Both the position numbers and the translations under genes were made by a program. DNA of 64,000 bases from Octopus vulgaris (lineage: Eukaryota): positions 47,988,001 through 48,052,000 of the forward strand of contig OX597819.1 in NCBI GenBank assembly GCA_951406725.2, read 5' to 3'. Shown in pieces: positions 1 to 12,149 of this stretch. The first letter of the stretch is position 1, and every line of letters begins with the position of its first letter. The notes beneath the pieces were generated by a model. The model made no database searches and was not told the origin of the DNA. It saw only the letters and a program-made list of their open reading frames with translations.

Positions 1-543
1 TATGGGCCCTGCAAGCGCCACATGGATCCTGGTTGAGAACCACGGTTAAACTGAACAGCATGTTATTAAATGCTGGGGTATCTTTATGAATAGGAAAAAT
101 CAAAGAGAGCTAGAAATTATAGCTGCTGTCAATGTATGATCCTTGATGAAATTGAACAGCTTCACTGCAGTTTCTTTGCTGCATCAGAACAAATGTTGCC
201 ATGTCAGATCCTTTGACAAAGTATTTTCAGACATATTTGATGAACTTTATTGAATTACAAAGCTTGGCATTAATGTGTGTATCAGATATCTCAGTCAGGA
301 GTGAGAAATAAGAATTATCAGCTGTTGTAAATTTTGTGCTGACTTACAAAGGTTTGGAAACCTCCATCTTTTTTTGTTACTCTTTGTAAGAGGGATTACT
401 ACTTTTACAAGCTTGGGACCCCTTTGACAAAAGGGTTTAGGAAACTGTTTGGTATGTTTGATTTTGCATTTTTTCTTTCTCATAAAAGGTGATATCTTGT
501 TTAGGGCACCACATGGATTAAGAACCACTTAGGTTTTGGCAAA

Positions 544-649
544 TCTGGAGACCTCTTTCTCTCTGGAGACCTCTTTCTCCTTGGAGACCTCTTTCTCCCA
601 GGAGACCTCTTTCTCCTCAGAGACCTCTTTATCCCTGGAGACCTTTCTC
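544..649. repeat. 18-bp minisatellite, about 6 copies (TCTGGAGACCTCTTTCTC)
   Basis: Units start at 544, 562, 580, 598, 616 and 634, with variation mostly in the first 3-4 nt. Confidence 0.9.
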
Positions 650-972
650 CTATCTGGAAGCTCTGTAAATGTGAAGGAATCAATTTGATAGAAATGAATC
701 TTTTTGTAGACCAGATCGTGGCAGGTCCTGTTTTTCCATTGTATTATATGTGGAAACATCATTTTTTAGCCAATTTCTTGTAAAGAAAATGGCTACTACA
801 TTTGGAACTTTACATCTACAAAACTTGTTTTCTTAAATGAATTAAAATCAGCTGCTATTTCATCAGCAGTTACCCTATACATTAATCAAGTTTCCTGTGA
901 AAACTGTCACCTTGTTGCTGAATTTTTGAGGGAGGACAGAAAGAGAAAAGGAAGCAGAGAAGTGAAAACAGT

Positions 973-1019
<47 letters not shown>

Positions 1020-1512
1020 GTGAGTGAGTAAGTGAAGTGGTATAAAAAGGAAGATACAAGAAAAAGAAACAGGAATAAATGACTGTAGATGGAGCCAGAG
1101 AGAATGGAAAGAAGAGAAGAGAAAGTTCATTTTATAGTATATGCTGTGAACTGATTGGTGATTGAAAAAAAAAAGGGTCAGCCAGTTTTAGAAACTAAAC
1201 TGTAAGCAGAACATATAAATGAAATGTGAACATTACAATCCCAATCTTAGGCAAGGTGTGCAGGGGGACAGGATCTTTGAATAAGAATTGGTAGGGAATG
1301 TTCAATCCTGTTCAATGTGTTTGATCTGGGAGCACATGGTCAGGGGTTTGGTCCCACTGCATGGATGCTGGCGGTTGGTGTCCTCTACTTTGTAGGTGAA
1401 ATGGGTAGATAGAAACTAAAGTGACCTATCATGTGTGTGTGCGCGTGTATACTTGTTTATGGTATATTCTTATACCTATAATGAATCTCTGCAAATATAT
1501 ATATATATATAT

Positions 1513-2510
1513 ATGCTACATGGTAGTGAAACATGGGCTGTGACTGCTGAGGATATGCGTAAGCTCGCAAGAAATGAAGCCAGTATGCTCCGATGGATGT
1601 GTAATGTCAGTGTTCATAATTGACAGAGTGTAAGTACCTTGAGAGAAAAGTTGGACCTAAGAAGCATCAGTTGTGGTGTGCAAGAGAGACGTTTGTGCTG
1701 GTATGGTCATGTGACGAGAATGGCTGAAGATAGTTGTGTGCAAAAGTGCCAAACCCTAGCAGTTGAGGGAACCTGTGGAAGAGGTAGACCCAGGAAAACC
1801 TGGGACGAGGTGGTGAAGCACGACCTTCGAACTTTAGGTCTCACCAAGGAAATGACTAGAGACCGAGACCTATGGAAGTATGCTGTGCGTGAGAAGACCC
1901 GGCAAGACTAGTGAGACCATAACCCGTGGCCTCTACCTGGTATGTAGCCAGTCGACTTATACATACCTTTCCTTCTTGGGACACAGAACTCCACTTGTGA
2001 AGACCCGTTGAGGCAAGTGAAAATCAAAATCAAAATCAAAATCAAAATCAAACCAAATCAAATCAGATATCAGAAAGCAGAACCAAAATTGAAGTCGATC
2101 AACATCAATGGAAATTGCAGCTGTGATACCAGTGCCGGTGACAAGTAAGCGAACCATCCGATCGTGGCCGTTGCCAGTGCCGCCCTGACTGGCCTCCGTA
2201 CCGGTGGCACGTAAAAAGCACCATCCGATCGTGGCCATTGCCAGCCTCGCCTGGCCCCCGTGCTGGTGGCACGTAAAAAGCACCATCTGTCCGTGGCCAT
2301 TTGCCAGCTCCGTCTTTCACCTGTGCGGGTGGCACATAAAAAGCACCCACTACACTCACGGAGTGGTTGGCGTTAGGAAGGGCATCCAGCCGTAGAAACA
2401 CTGCCAGATCAGACTGGGCCTGATGCAGCCTTCTGGCTTCACAGACCCCAGTTGAACCGTCCAACCCATGCTAGCATGGAAAGCGGATGCTAAATGATGA
2501 TGATGATGAT
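1513..2510 (+). mobile_element. 5'-truncated RTE-clade LINE (ORF C-terminus, 3' UTR and (TGA)n tail)
   Basis: MLHGSETWAVT...MLRWMC*...RRLCWYGHVTRM...GRGRPRKTW...DRDLWK is a typical RTE ORF C-terminus. It has one internal stop at 1621 and the terminal stop at 1911, and the 3' UTR ends TAAATGATGATGATGAT. Confidence 0.9.
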
Positions 2511-2519
2511 ATATATATA

Positions 2520-2682
2520 TGTATCGCATGTGTTTCATTGGCGATTTTCTTTCTCCGTCTTCCCTTCTTTGGACTTTTTCTATATTTCTGACGAAGACAT
2601 CCACTCGAAATGTGAAATCTTCCTTCTTTCTTTCCTTTCCTGAGCGTCTAATGACACTGTGGTTATTCCATGTCCTCACGTT
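2520..2682 (+). mobile_element. Penelope-type pLTR fragment with decayed minimal hammerhead
   Basis: ATTT-CTGACGA-AGACATCCACTC-GAAA-TGTG-AAAT at 2584-2618, followed by TTCCTGAGCG..CTAAT as in the 5488 and 8975 copies. Confidence 0.6.
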
Positions 2683-2701
2683 TTATATATATATATATAT
2701 A

Positions 2702-3967
2702 CAGGGTGCATAAAGTATTTGAGGACATAACTTTGGGGGGTCATTGCTGTATTTTTTGCTCATTTTCTCTTTTTTTCTCTTTCTCATTCTGTATAATCTT
2801 TTCACAAAATAATAATGGCAGACCCTCAGCTTACCCAAGAAATGAAGAAGTATGCTGTTATTGTGGTTATAAAAGTTGAGCATAGCGATTTAGAAATATC
2901 TTGGTTTTTAAAAGTTGCCAGATCTTTCGTCTACAAAGTTTGTAAGGAGCTAGAGACTGAAGATGGAAATGTATCACCAATATCAAAGCATAAAAAAAAC
3001 ATTCTAAACTCTCTGAAATCATCAGAATACCTGAATTTATTTGGAAAGTTCAACAGACCATTGATTACAATCCCAGAAAGTCCATGAGGTCAATTGCTAA
3101 AGATGTATCAGAAGGAACAGTCAGAAATGTTGCTCATGAAGACATCAGATATAAGTCTTATATGATGAGGATAGGTCAATTTGTCTGAAAATCACTACAT
3201 TAGATCTAACAGGCTCTTAAACAATCTGAAAAATGCAGCAGAAGATTTAATTTGGTTTTTCTCAAATGAGAAAATCTTTGACCAAGATCAAAAAGTTAAC
3301 AGAAGGAATGATTGATGGTTATGTGCAGACCCTTCTGAACTTCCAAGTGTTATGCATACAAAATTTCCTGTAACTGTCATGGTTTTAGGGGTTGTCAGCA
3401 ATGAAGGATATGTAATGCCTCCTTTCTTCTTTCAACAAGGCCTTAGAGTTAACTCTGCTGCCTACATTGAAGTCCTGGAAATAATTGTTAAGCCCTGGAT
3501 AGACAGTGTATGCAATGGAAGGCCATATGTGTTTCAGTAAGACATTGCACTATCACACATGGCTCTAGTAACACAGGAATGGATGGCTGAAATTTTTCAT
3601 GATCACATAACCTGCTAACATTTGGCCTCCTAATTCCCCAGATCTCAATCCATTAAACTATTACATGTGGAGTGTTGTTGAGAGAGAGAGGTCAATGAAC
3701 ACACCCATAACACCAAAGATTCTTTGAAAGCTGCCATAGAGTAATATCCAAAATGAACCAGGGCCACATGATTCAAGCATGTAGATGATTTAGATCTCAT
3801 ATAGAAGGATTGTTGAAGCTGAAGGTGGCTTTATTGAATAACATTATAGAAAAGAAGCTCTATTTTTATCCTCATCGCATTTTTTGATAAATAAAGTTAT
3901 TATCTGTTATTATATATCTGTGTTTTTTATAATCATAAATTTGTCCTGAAATATCTTACGCACCCTG
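2702..3967 (+). mobile_element. Decayed Tc1/mariner-superfamily DNA transposon (DD37D/maT-like)
   Basis: Imperfect TIRs CAGGGTGCATAAAGTATTTGAGGACA / TGTCCTGAAATATCTTACGCACCCTG with TA flanks. Transposase remnants WFFSNEKIF, VMVLGVVS, PYVFQ*D and WPPNSPDLNPLNY carry stops and frameshifts. Confidence 0.88.
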
Positions 3968-4067
3968 TATGTATGTATGTATGTATGTATGTATGTATAT
4001 ATATATATATATACGTTTAAATATTTGTTGTGCAAGATTTTTTATGTGAAGTCATGTGTTGAAACAG

Positions 4068-4484
4068 ATATTGTTATATTTCGGAATGGTCATATTGCCA
4101 GTTTAGCCAATAAAAACACACACACTATATATTTGGTGTTATTTTGCTTCAGTGTTATTTATTTTTTACATTAATCTTAATCTTATTTCGGCCAGAGTTC
4201 TTTCATCACACTCCTGTGACCGCATCAGTGATCCTTTGTTTTCTTCTTTCTTATTTGTGTCTCTCCTTACTAACCGTCAGCCATTTTGTATTTCTATTGT
4301 ATGTCTTCATTTGCGCATGCTTATATCTCTATGTGTGTTTATGTTTATTTAGTGTGTGTATGTGGGGGGATGCCTGTAATATTTGTATTTTCTGTTTATA
4401 TATTTTCGTGTAATTTGTATTTTGTTTTTTGTTTTTGTTGTTTTTGTTTATTCATTTATTCTTATTTTGTTCATGTGTTTACAT
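4068..4484 (-). repeat. Inverted pseudo-LTR copy at the 5' end of the Penelope-like element
   Basis: 4321-4484 is the reverse complement of 5322-5484, and about 4068-4410 is the reverse complement of 6880-7222. Confidence 0.85.
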
Positions 4485-5087
4485 ATAGAAAGGACAAAAA
4501 AGAAAATAGGGAAGGCCAACTCTTGGTACGATAGCCATAAATACCAGAGTGTCATGTTCGTTGACACCACCCCTGGAGGTGAACTGGCGTACCACTTTAG
4601 AAGGACCCTAGACAAACTTAAGCTAAGAATTAAGGTTGTAGAAAAGCCAGGCAACCCTATCAAATCTATAATTGGTAGAACCTATCCTTTTAGTAGAACC
4701 CCTGTATGGATAAGTACTGTACTGTATGTAGATTTAGCCCACAAACAAACTGTAAAGCCAGAAATGTAGTCTATAGTATAAGATGTATAGAGGGACGATG
4801 CAGTAACAAGACAACGACATACGTAGGGGAAACGGCAATAAGCATAGGAGAGCGGGTAAATAAGCATTGGAGACAACTCAAGGAAGGTAAAAGCTCATCG
4901 ATTCTGTACCAACACGCCGAACAGGAACACGGTGGGGTCAGTCAATAACATAGAAATTAAAATATTATCCACACATAGATCAGATGCAACAATTAGACAA
5001 ATTACAGAAGCTACACACATAATAGAAAATAAACCTAGCCTGAATAGAAAACTAGAATGGAGCACTAACACACACCACAACATATGA
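4485..5087 (+). mobile_element. Penelope-like retroelement ORF 3' fragment (GIY-YIG endonuclease), frameshifted
   Basis: CTVC...NCKARNVVYSIRC...TYVGET...ERVNKH...HAEQEH, then RQITEATHI...PSLNRKLEW: GIY-YIG motifs with the Arg, Glu and Asn catalytic positions. The upstream FVDTTPGGELA..IKVVEKPG resembles the PLE RT-EN linker. Confidence 0.88.
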
Positions 5088-5149
5088 CGATAGAGGATCC
5101 TGAAAACATAATAAATACACAGATAAATAAACTAATAGAAATAAATAAC

Positions 5150-5185
<36 letters not shown>

Positions 5186-5653
5186 TATTTTTTTTATTTA
5201 TAATTTAAAAAAAAATTTTTTTATTTATTTTTATTATTATTTTTTTTCAATTCGATTTATTATTGTTATTACTAGTATTGTTGTTATACATACAAGCATA
5301 TGTAATGATAATAATAAGTGGATGTAAACACATGAACAAAATAAGAATAAATGAATAAACAAAAACAACAAAAACAAAAAACAAAATACAAATTACATGA
5401 ACATATATAAACAGAAAATACAAATATTACAGGCATCCCCCCACATACACACACAAAATAAAGATAATCACACATAGAGATATATAGCTCCTACATGCAT
5501 TTTTTCTCTCCTTGTTTTTTTCTGTGTATCTTTCTGTCGAAGAGCGTAGGCTTGAAATGTAAAGATTTTTTCTATTCCTGAGCGGTATACTAATACATTT
5601 GTTTGTTTGTACTCCACCTGCCTTCGTCTTTTGTTTATTTTCATAAACTTTCC

Positions 5654-5656
<3 letters not shown>

Positions 5657-5732
<76 letters not shown>
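5657..5732. repeat. (TA)n microsatellite, representative of many (TA)n, (AG)n, (TG)n, (ATT)n and (CAT)n tracts
   Basis: Read directly. Others include (AG)n at 976-1016 and 12075-12140, (TG)n at 10497-10541 and (TC)n at 60806-60871. Confidence 0.95.
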
Positions 5733-5736
<4 letters not shown>

Positions 5737-6879
5737 CATACATATATATATATCCTTTAATTTTGTTTACGGGAAACATTTTGAATATGCATATAAAAGC
5801 TTCTATTTTATTATGCCAGTTACAGTCTAATGATGCCAACTGGCAATACCAGTTTTGGGGAGTTGCACTGAGCTGTGTCGATATAATGTAGGATAAATAT
5901 AGTAATAACAATAATAATCCTTAGATGGAATTTATAAATAAATATGTATATATATATATAAATGTATGTATGTATAATACATATATGTATTTATACACAA
6001 ATGTATACACACACAAACACACATGTATATGCTTTTTATCTTTTATCTTTTACTGGCTTTATTCATTGGGTTGTGGCTATGCTGGGGCATTGATATATGT
6101 ATGTATGTTATTTGTGTGTCTATGAATGCATGTAGAATGTTATGTGTGAATGTATGTATGCATGTTATGTGTGTATGTAAGTATGTTTTGTGTGTGTGTG
6201 TGTGTGCGTGTGTGTGTTTCAGAGTTGCACTTGTTTTGCAAGTGACTTGATTCTGAGACCATGTGTTGAAAGAGCTGGTTAGAAACACACACACAAAAAA
6301 AAAACACAAAAAAACTGTAAAATTCACTTTGAATTTATAATTTCTGAGATGTTAAGATTTTTGGCTTACAACTGCAACGTGTCTGCTCACACAGTTACAC
6401 TGCAACATATATAATTTGAAGAGATTTTAAAAATTATTGTATATTATTGTGTGGCTCATCCATGATAGAGTTGCTGTATACAATTGGCAGAGGTCTCCTT
6501 CTCCCCTCCTCCTCCTCATCATCTTTGTTGTCGTCATTATCCTCCCCCTCTTCATCATCGTTTTTTAATGGCCACCATGCTCAAGGCAGGTTTTCAGCAG
6601 TCTAATGTCCTTCCTGTGACCATTCCTCATCCATTTCCAAGAAAATTAATATTTCATTGAGCATGGCCAGATGTGTTTCCAAGAAAGATTGGAAGTAGGT
6701 AGCACCACATAATAATAATGAACTTATTCTACACAGTACTCAGGTACACTCTCTTTTTCTTTTACTTGTTTCAGTCATTTGACTGCGGCCATGCTGGAGC
6801 ACCACTTTTAGTCGAGCATATCGACGCCAGAACTTATTCTTTGTAAGCCTAGTACTTATTCTATTGGTCTCTTTTGCCT

Positions 6880-7222
6880 TACATGAACATATATAAACAG
6901 AAGATACAAATATTACAGGCATCCCCCCACATACACACACTAAATAAACATAAACGCACATAGAGATATAAGCATGCGCAAATTAAGACATACAATAGAT
7001 ATACAAAATGGCTGACGGTTAGTAAGGAGAGACACAAATAAGAAAGAAGAAAACAAAGGACCACTGATGCGGTCACAGGAGTGTGACGAAAGAACTCTGG
7101 CCGAAATAAGATTAAGATTAATGTAAAAAATAAATAACACTGAAGCAAAATAACACCAAATATATAGTGCGTGTGTTTTTATTGGCTAAACTGGTAAAAT
7201 GACCATTCCGAAATATAACAAT
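6880..7222 (+). repeat. Direct-orientation pseudo-LTR segment of the Penelope-like element, containing a hammerhead-like motif
   Basis: Near-identical inverted match to 4068-4410. It overlaps and continues the 5322-5484 segment. Confidence 0.8.
7058..7102 (+). ncRNA. Type I hammerhead-like ribozyme variant (core CUGAUGC)
   Basis: GGACCA-CTGATGCG-GTCACA[GGAG]TGTGAC-GAAA-GAAC-TC-TGGCC has a 6-bp stem II, GAAA, a minimal stem III and stem I CCA/TGG. A second copy lies at 4190-4234 (-). Confidence 0.6.
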
Positions 7223-7694
7223 ATATATATATATATATATCATCATCATCATCATCATCATCGTTTAATGTCCGTTTTCCATGCTAGCATGGGTTGGACA
7301 GTTTGACTGGGGTCTGGGAAGCCAGGAGGCTGCACCAGGCTCCAGTCTGATCTGGCAGTGTTTCTACTCCGTGAGTGTAGTGGGTGATTTTTACATGCCA
7401 CCAGCACAGGTATCACAAATACAATTTCCATTTGATTTTTTGATGTTGATGTACTTGACTCAATAGGTCTCCTCAAGCACAGCAGGTCACCCTACATTCC
7501 AAGGTAAGCACAGCAGGCCGTCCTGCAATCCAAGGTACTTTGGATGAGCTGGGGCTTCTATGTGAAGCTGGTGCAGGAAACAGCCATGAACTCATGTTAT
7601 TTGTTGGGTCTTCGCAGTCACAGCATATCTCCAGAGGTCTTGGTCTTTTTTCATTGCCTCTGTGAGACCCAACGTGAGACCCAAAGTTCGAAGG

Positions 7695-7736
<42 letters not shown>

Positions 7737-7924
7737 GACAGGCTTCTTTCAGTTTCTGTCTACCAAATCCACTCACAAGGCTTTGGTTGGCCCAAGGTGC
7801 CACACAGTGGGAATGAACCCGGAACCCAGAAAAAGTAGCCAAAGTTCATGAACAGTACATAGAATAATGCACAGGAAGTGAACACAGTAAATGAGTCATT
7901 TAAAAAAAAAAAGGCAGTGTGGTG

Positions 7925-8358
7925 CATCAAGTATACTGTTGATGAATTTCAGGAAGCATGGAAGTTTTGAAGAATGTAGTGTCTCGACTGCTAACAACTG
8001 ATGCAGGTAGTTTATTCCAGGCTTCAGCAATTTTGAGTGTGAAAATGTTTCCAAATGTCATGGGTGCTGTGTTGTTTTTTTGATTTTGTAAGTATGTTCA
8101 TGAGTGTTAGATATAAGGAATTCAAAAAGGTGCCCAAGGTTGTTGTTGGAAAGACAGTGGATAATCTTGTGGGTGTCTACCAAGTCAGTTGCCAGATGTC
8201 AGAGCTTTAATGTGTCCATGCCCAGGGAAGCAACATGTACAGTGTATGGCAGATGTGAGGGTCGAATAAGGCTTTGAGAGCTCCAGAAGTTCCACAATGT
8301 TTCTCTGACACAGGACTCCATTAGTTTGGTGATGCAGCTATTAAGACTAATTGGACAG
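7925..8358 (-). mobile_element. CR1/L2-like LINE 3' fragment
   Basis: The minus strand contains TLKIAEAWNKLPASVVSSRDTTFFK, resembling the WNxLPxxVV...FK C-terminal motif of CR1-group ORF2. Confidence 0.6.
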
Positions 8359-8360
8359 TA

Positions 8361-8576
8361 TGAAGGGAGTGCAGAAAAGTTCCTTGCTTTGGGTAAAAGA
8401 AAATATGAGAGGATCAGTTAGTTGATTTTATTCAACATATTCCCCTCTCAGGTTCACACACTTATTGCAGTGGTCCTTCAGTTTTTCTAAGCTCTAAAAA
8501 AGAACTCGCAAGGTTGGGCTTCCCACCAAACCTTTTGTGATACCCTTAAAACCAGGAACTTTTCAACACCACCTTG
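8361..8576. mobile_element. Mariner-derived MITE
   Basis: Imperfect TIRs TGAAGGGAGTGCAGAAAAGTTCCTTGCTT / AAACCAGGAACTTTTCAACACCACCTTG with TA on both sides. Confidence 0.7.
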
Positions 8577-8974
8577 TAGTTGACAGGTGATGTACAATGC
8601 ACCTTTTTTGAACAGGGGAATGATACTGACAGTTTTCTACTGCTCTGGGGTGGCAAAATTATTAAGGCAGATTTGGAAGAAGAATGAAAGCTGGTACACA
8701 TGTATGACAGGGAAGCTTATTTACAAATATGGTGTAATGTCAAGACAAGGAGACATAACATATATATACATGAGAAAATGTACTGAGATGCCAGGAAGGG
8801 CATCCAACCTTAACAAAAATAAAAGAAGCCAAGTGACGTATGAGCACCAGCTTTTAGGAACAGTAGCACCCAATAAAAAATAACTTGGACCATCATAAGC
8901 TGTCTAAACCATGGTACCATGAAAGTGGATATCAAATGATGATGATGATGATATATAAATATACATACATATGT

Positions 8975-9329
8975 ATAATCAGCCGAAATTGCGAAGATAA
9001 ACTGATACTCGACTGAGGAAAGAAAACTTCGAATTACCCGTCCTTGTTTTCTTTGTATCGTCTATCTAGATGTTTTGTTGTCCCTTTTCGTATCACCTAA
9101 CTGTCCAGATGTTTTGCGTTCTTGTCCCATTTTGTATTATATATAGATCGTTAGTTCCTACACGCATTTTTTTCTCTCTTTGTTTTTTTCTGTGTATCTT
9201 TCTGTCGAAGAGCGTTGGCTCGAAACGTAAAAGACTTGTTCTATTTCTATTCCTGAGCGCCATACTAATACATTTGTTTGTTTGTACTCCACCTGCCTTC
9301 GTCTTTTGTTTATTTTCGTAAACCTTCCC

Positions 9330-9332
<3 letters not shown>
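8975..9332 (+). mobile_element. Penelope-type pLTR-like repeat (partial copy at 5488-5655)
   Basis: About 9155-9330 is nearly identical to 5488-5655, carries a minimal hammerhead and is flanked by (TA)n. PLE origin is inferred from the ribozyme type. Confidence 0.65.
9197..9234 (+). ncRNA. Minimal type I hammerhead-like ribozyme (core CUGUCGA)
   Basis: TCTTT-CTGTCGA-A-GAGC[GTTG]GCTC-GAAA-CGTA-AAAGA has a perfect stem I (TCTTT/AAAGA), a 4-bp stem II, a palindromic ACGU in place of stem III and a GUA cleavage triplet. A sister copy lies at 5529-5565. Confidence 0.7.
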
Positions 9333-9369
<37 letters not shown>

Positions 9370-9885
9370 TGTATGTATGCATAAATGTATGTATGTGTGT
9401 GTGTGTATAAATATATATATATATATACACACATATACATACACACAGACACAGAGACAGACACACACACACATATTTATCTTTTACCTTTTACTTGTTT
9501 CAGTCATTAGACTGTGGCTATGCTGGGAACCACCTAGAAGAATCTTTAGTTGAATGCATTGATCCCAGTACTTGTACTTAAGGCCTCATACGTATTCTGT
9601 CAATATCTTTTGCTGAACCATTAAGTCACAGGGGACATAAATACACCTGCACTGGCTGTCAAGTAGTAGTGGTGAAGGGGGACAAACACAGACACAAAGA
9701 CACATACATACATAGACACACACACACACTTCTTTCAAATCTACTCACAAAGCTTTGGCCTGAGGTTACAACAGAAGATGCTTGTCCAAGGTGCCCCACA
9801 CTGAGACTGAACCTTAAACCATGTGGTTGGGAAGCAAACTTCTCACTACACAACAACATTGCGCCTATGTATATATATATATATA

Positions 9886-9951
<66 letters not shown>

Positions 9952-10114
9952 TATATATATATATCATCATCATCATCATTTAATGATCACCTTCCATGCA
10001 GACATCGTTGGATGGTTTGACAGGAGCCAGTCTGGTAGAAGACTACGCACAAGAGAGGTAAATTCCAATTCACAGAAATTTTTTGTATACAGACACACAC
10101 ACACACACACACAC

Positions 10115-10162
<48 letters not shown>

Positions 10163-10493
10163 AGAGGCATCTTTCAATCTCCATCTACCAAATCTGCTCA
10201 CAAGGCTTTGGTTGGCCTGGGGTTATAGTAGTAGAAGACACTTGCCCAAGGTGCCAGGCTGAACCCGGAACCATGTGGCTGGAAAGCAAACCTCTTACCA
10301 CACAACTACGCCTTATATATACACATACATGTGTGTATATATGTACGTACACACATATAGACATACACATGCACACACACTCTCACACACAAGAGGTAAA
10401 TTTCAATTCATAGAATTTTTTTGCGTACATCAGCACCTATACACACCTACATGTACATATATGTGTGTATGTGTGTGTGCCTGTGTGTGTGCA

Positions 10494-10542
<49 letters not shown>

Positions 10543-10832
10543 CGTTCAGAAATTCACTGCAACTTACTTTTCTAGATTTCTCAATGGCAGCATTTTTTCG
10601 TTATTTAAATGCCACTCCCTGCAAGTGACTAGAAGTACTAAGTTATGCTTAAATACGTATTTATTCTACTAACTTCTACTTAGTATTGCATGTTCTCTTC
10701 TTTATTTCCACTAGACATTTAATGCTAACACGGAGATACACACACATATATTTATATATATACATACACATAACTATCTATCTATCTATGTATCTATCTA
10801 TCTATCTATCAATGTAATTATCTATCTATCTA

Positions 10833-10868
<36 letters not shown>

Positions 10869-12073
10869 AATAATCATCATCATCATTTAACATCTGTTAT
10901 CCATGCTGGCATGGGTTGGACAGTTTAACTGGGTTGGCATGCTGGAAAGCTGCACCAGACCTCCATTCTGATTATATATATAAATATACATATATGTGTA
11001 CAAACAAAAGAAAATAGTACTCAACACATTTGGTGGGAGTTACATATATGTTTAATAACAGTTTGACTCAGCTCCATATTCCTTAAAGTTTCATGATCAT
11101 ATAAGACATGTCCATCTCATCAAACACAGAGAGCAGAGTGGATGTTTTGAGAGAAATTCAAGATGACTTCTCAGTGTTTAGTCCTGTATTGGTCACCTTA
11201 GGTCATATAATAATAATGCTGTCAAAGCAACATCAGCTATTTCCTTTATTTTTGGCTCATGTGTTCAGACCAAAATGTTAGCAGGATGCTGGTACCACTT
11301 TGGTAACAGACTGAGGAATAGTGTATTCAGAGACATCAGTTCCTTAAATTGGGTATTGCACATAGTGGGATGGGTTGTTAGCACAAATAGCTGAGTTGTC
11401 ATTCAGTAGAATATAAACACATTAGTGGCTGCAGTCTTGTTGGGTTTCATCAAATTTGGTTACCCCCACATAGGACTGCTGCTGCTAATGTGTTCATACT
11501 CCACTCGATGACAACTTTGTAAACAATCTAGAAAACCCTAACTTTCCAAAATTGTCAATTAAGCATTTACTAACAAAACCAAAAGTGCTATTACTGTGAT
11601 AAATGTGAATTTATAATTTGGATTTAGAAGCTGAAATATTCAAAGTAGTCATCCATTATTATCTTCTTCCTCATTGATTTTCACTGACCCCCTATGATGG
11701 TACATACTTCTTTATCCTTAACAACATGTATAATATATGTATGTATTATGCATATATGCTCATGTGTATTTGCATCATCATCATCATTTAACATCCCTTT
11801 TTCTGTGCTGGCATGCTGGATGGTTTGAAAGGAACTGACAAGATAGAGGGCTGTGCTAAGCTCCAATGCGTGTTTTGGCATGGTTTCTATCACTGGATAC
11901 CCCGCTTTTTGCAAGCCAACTCACAAAGTGTACTGAGTGCTTTTTTCATGGCACCAACACAGATGAGATCACCAAGTACTCACAAGACAAAGCCCTTTCA
12001 ACTCTATGACAGAGACAGGAATATATCTTGCTGAAGAGATAAATAAATGGCTTCTCTCTCTGGAGAAAGAGGC

Positions 12074-12143
<70 letters not shown>

Positions 12144-12149
12144 CTCATT

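Noticed and set aside
544-649. CRISPR-like array
   Set aside because: The units are contiguous without unique spacers, and the context is eukaryotic.
2125-2155. Twister ribozyme-like string CCAGTGCCGGTGACAAG
   Set aside because: The remaining twister elements (UAA, pseudoknot partners) are absent. It is a variant of the local tandem unit.
5427-10672. Many ORFs rich in YI, CV, HT, SL or RE repeats
   Set aside because: These are translations of (TA)n, (TG)n and (AG)n microsatellites.
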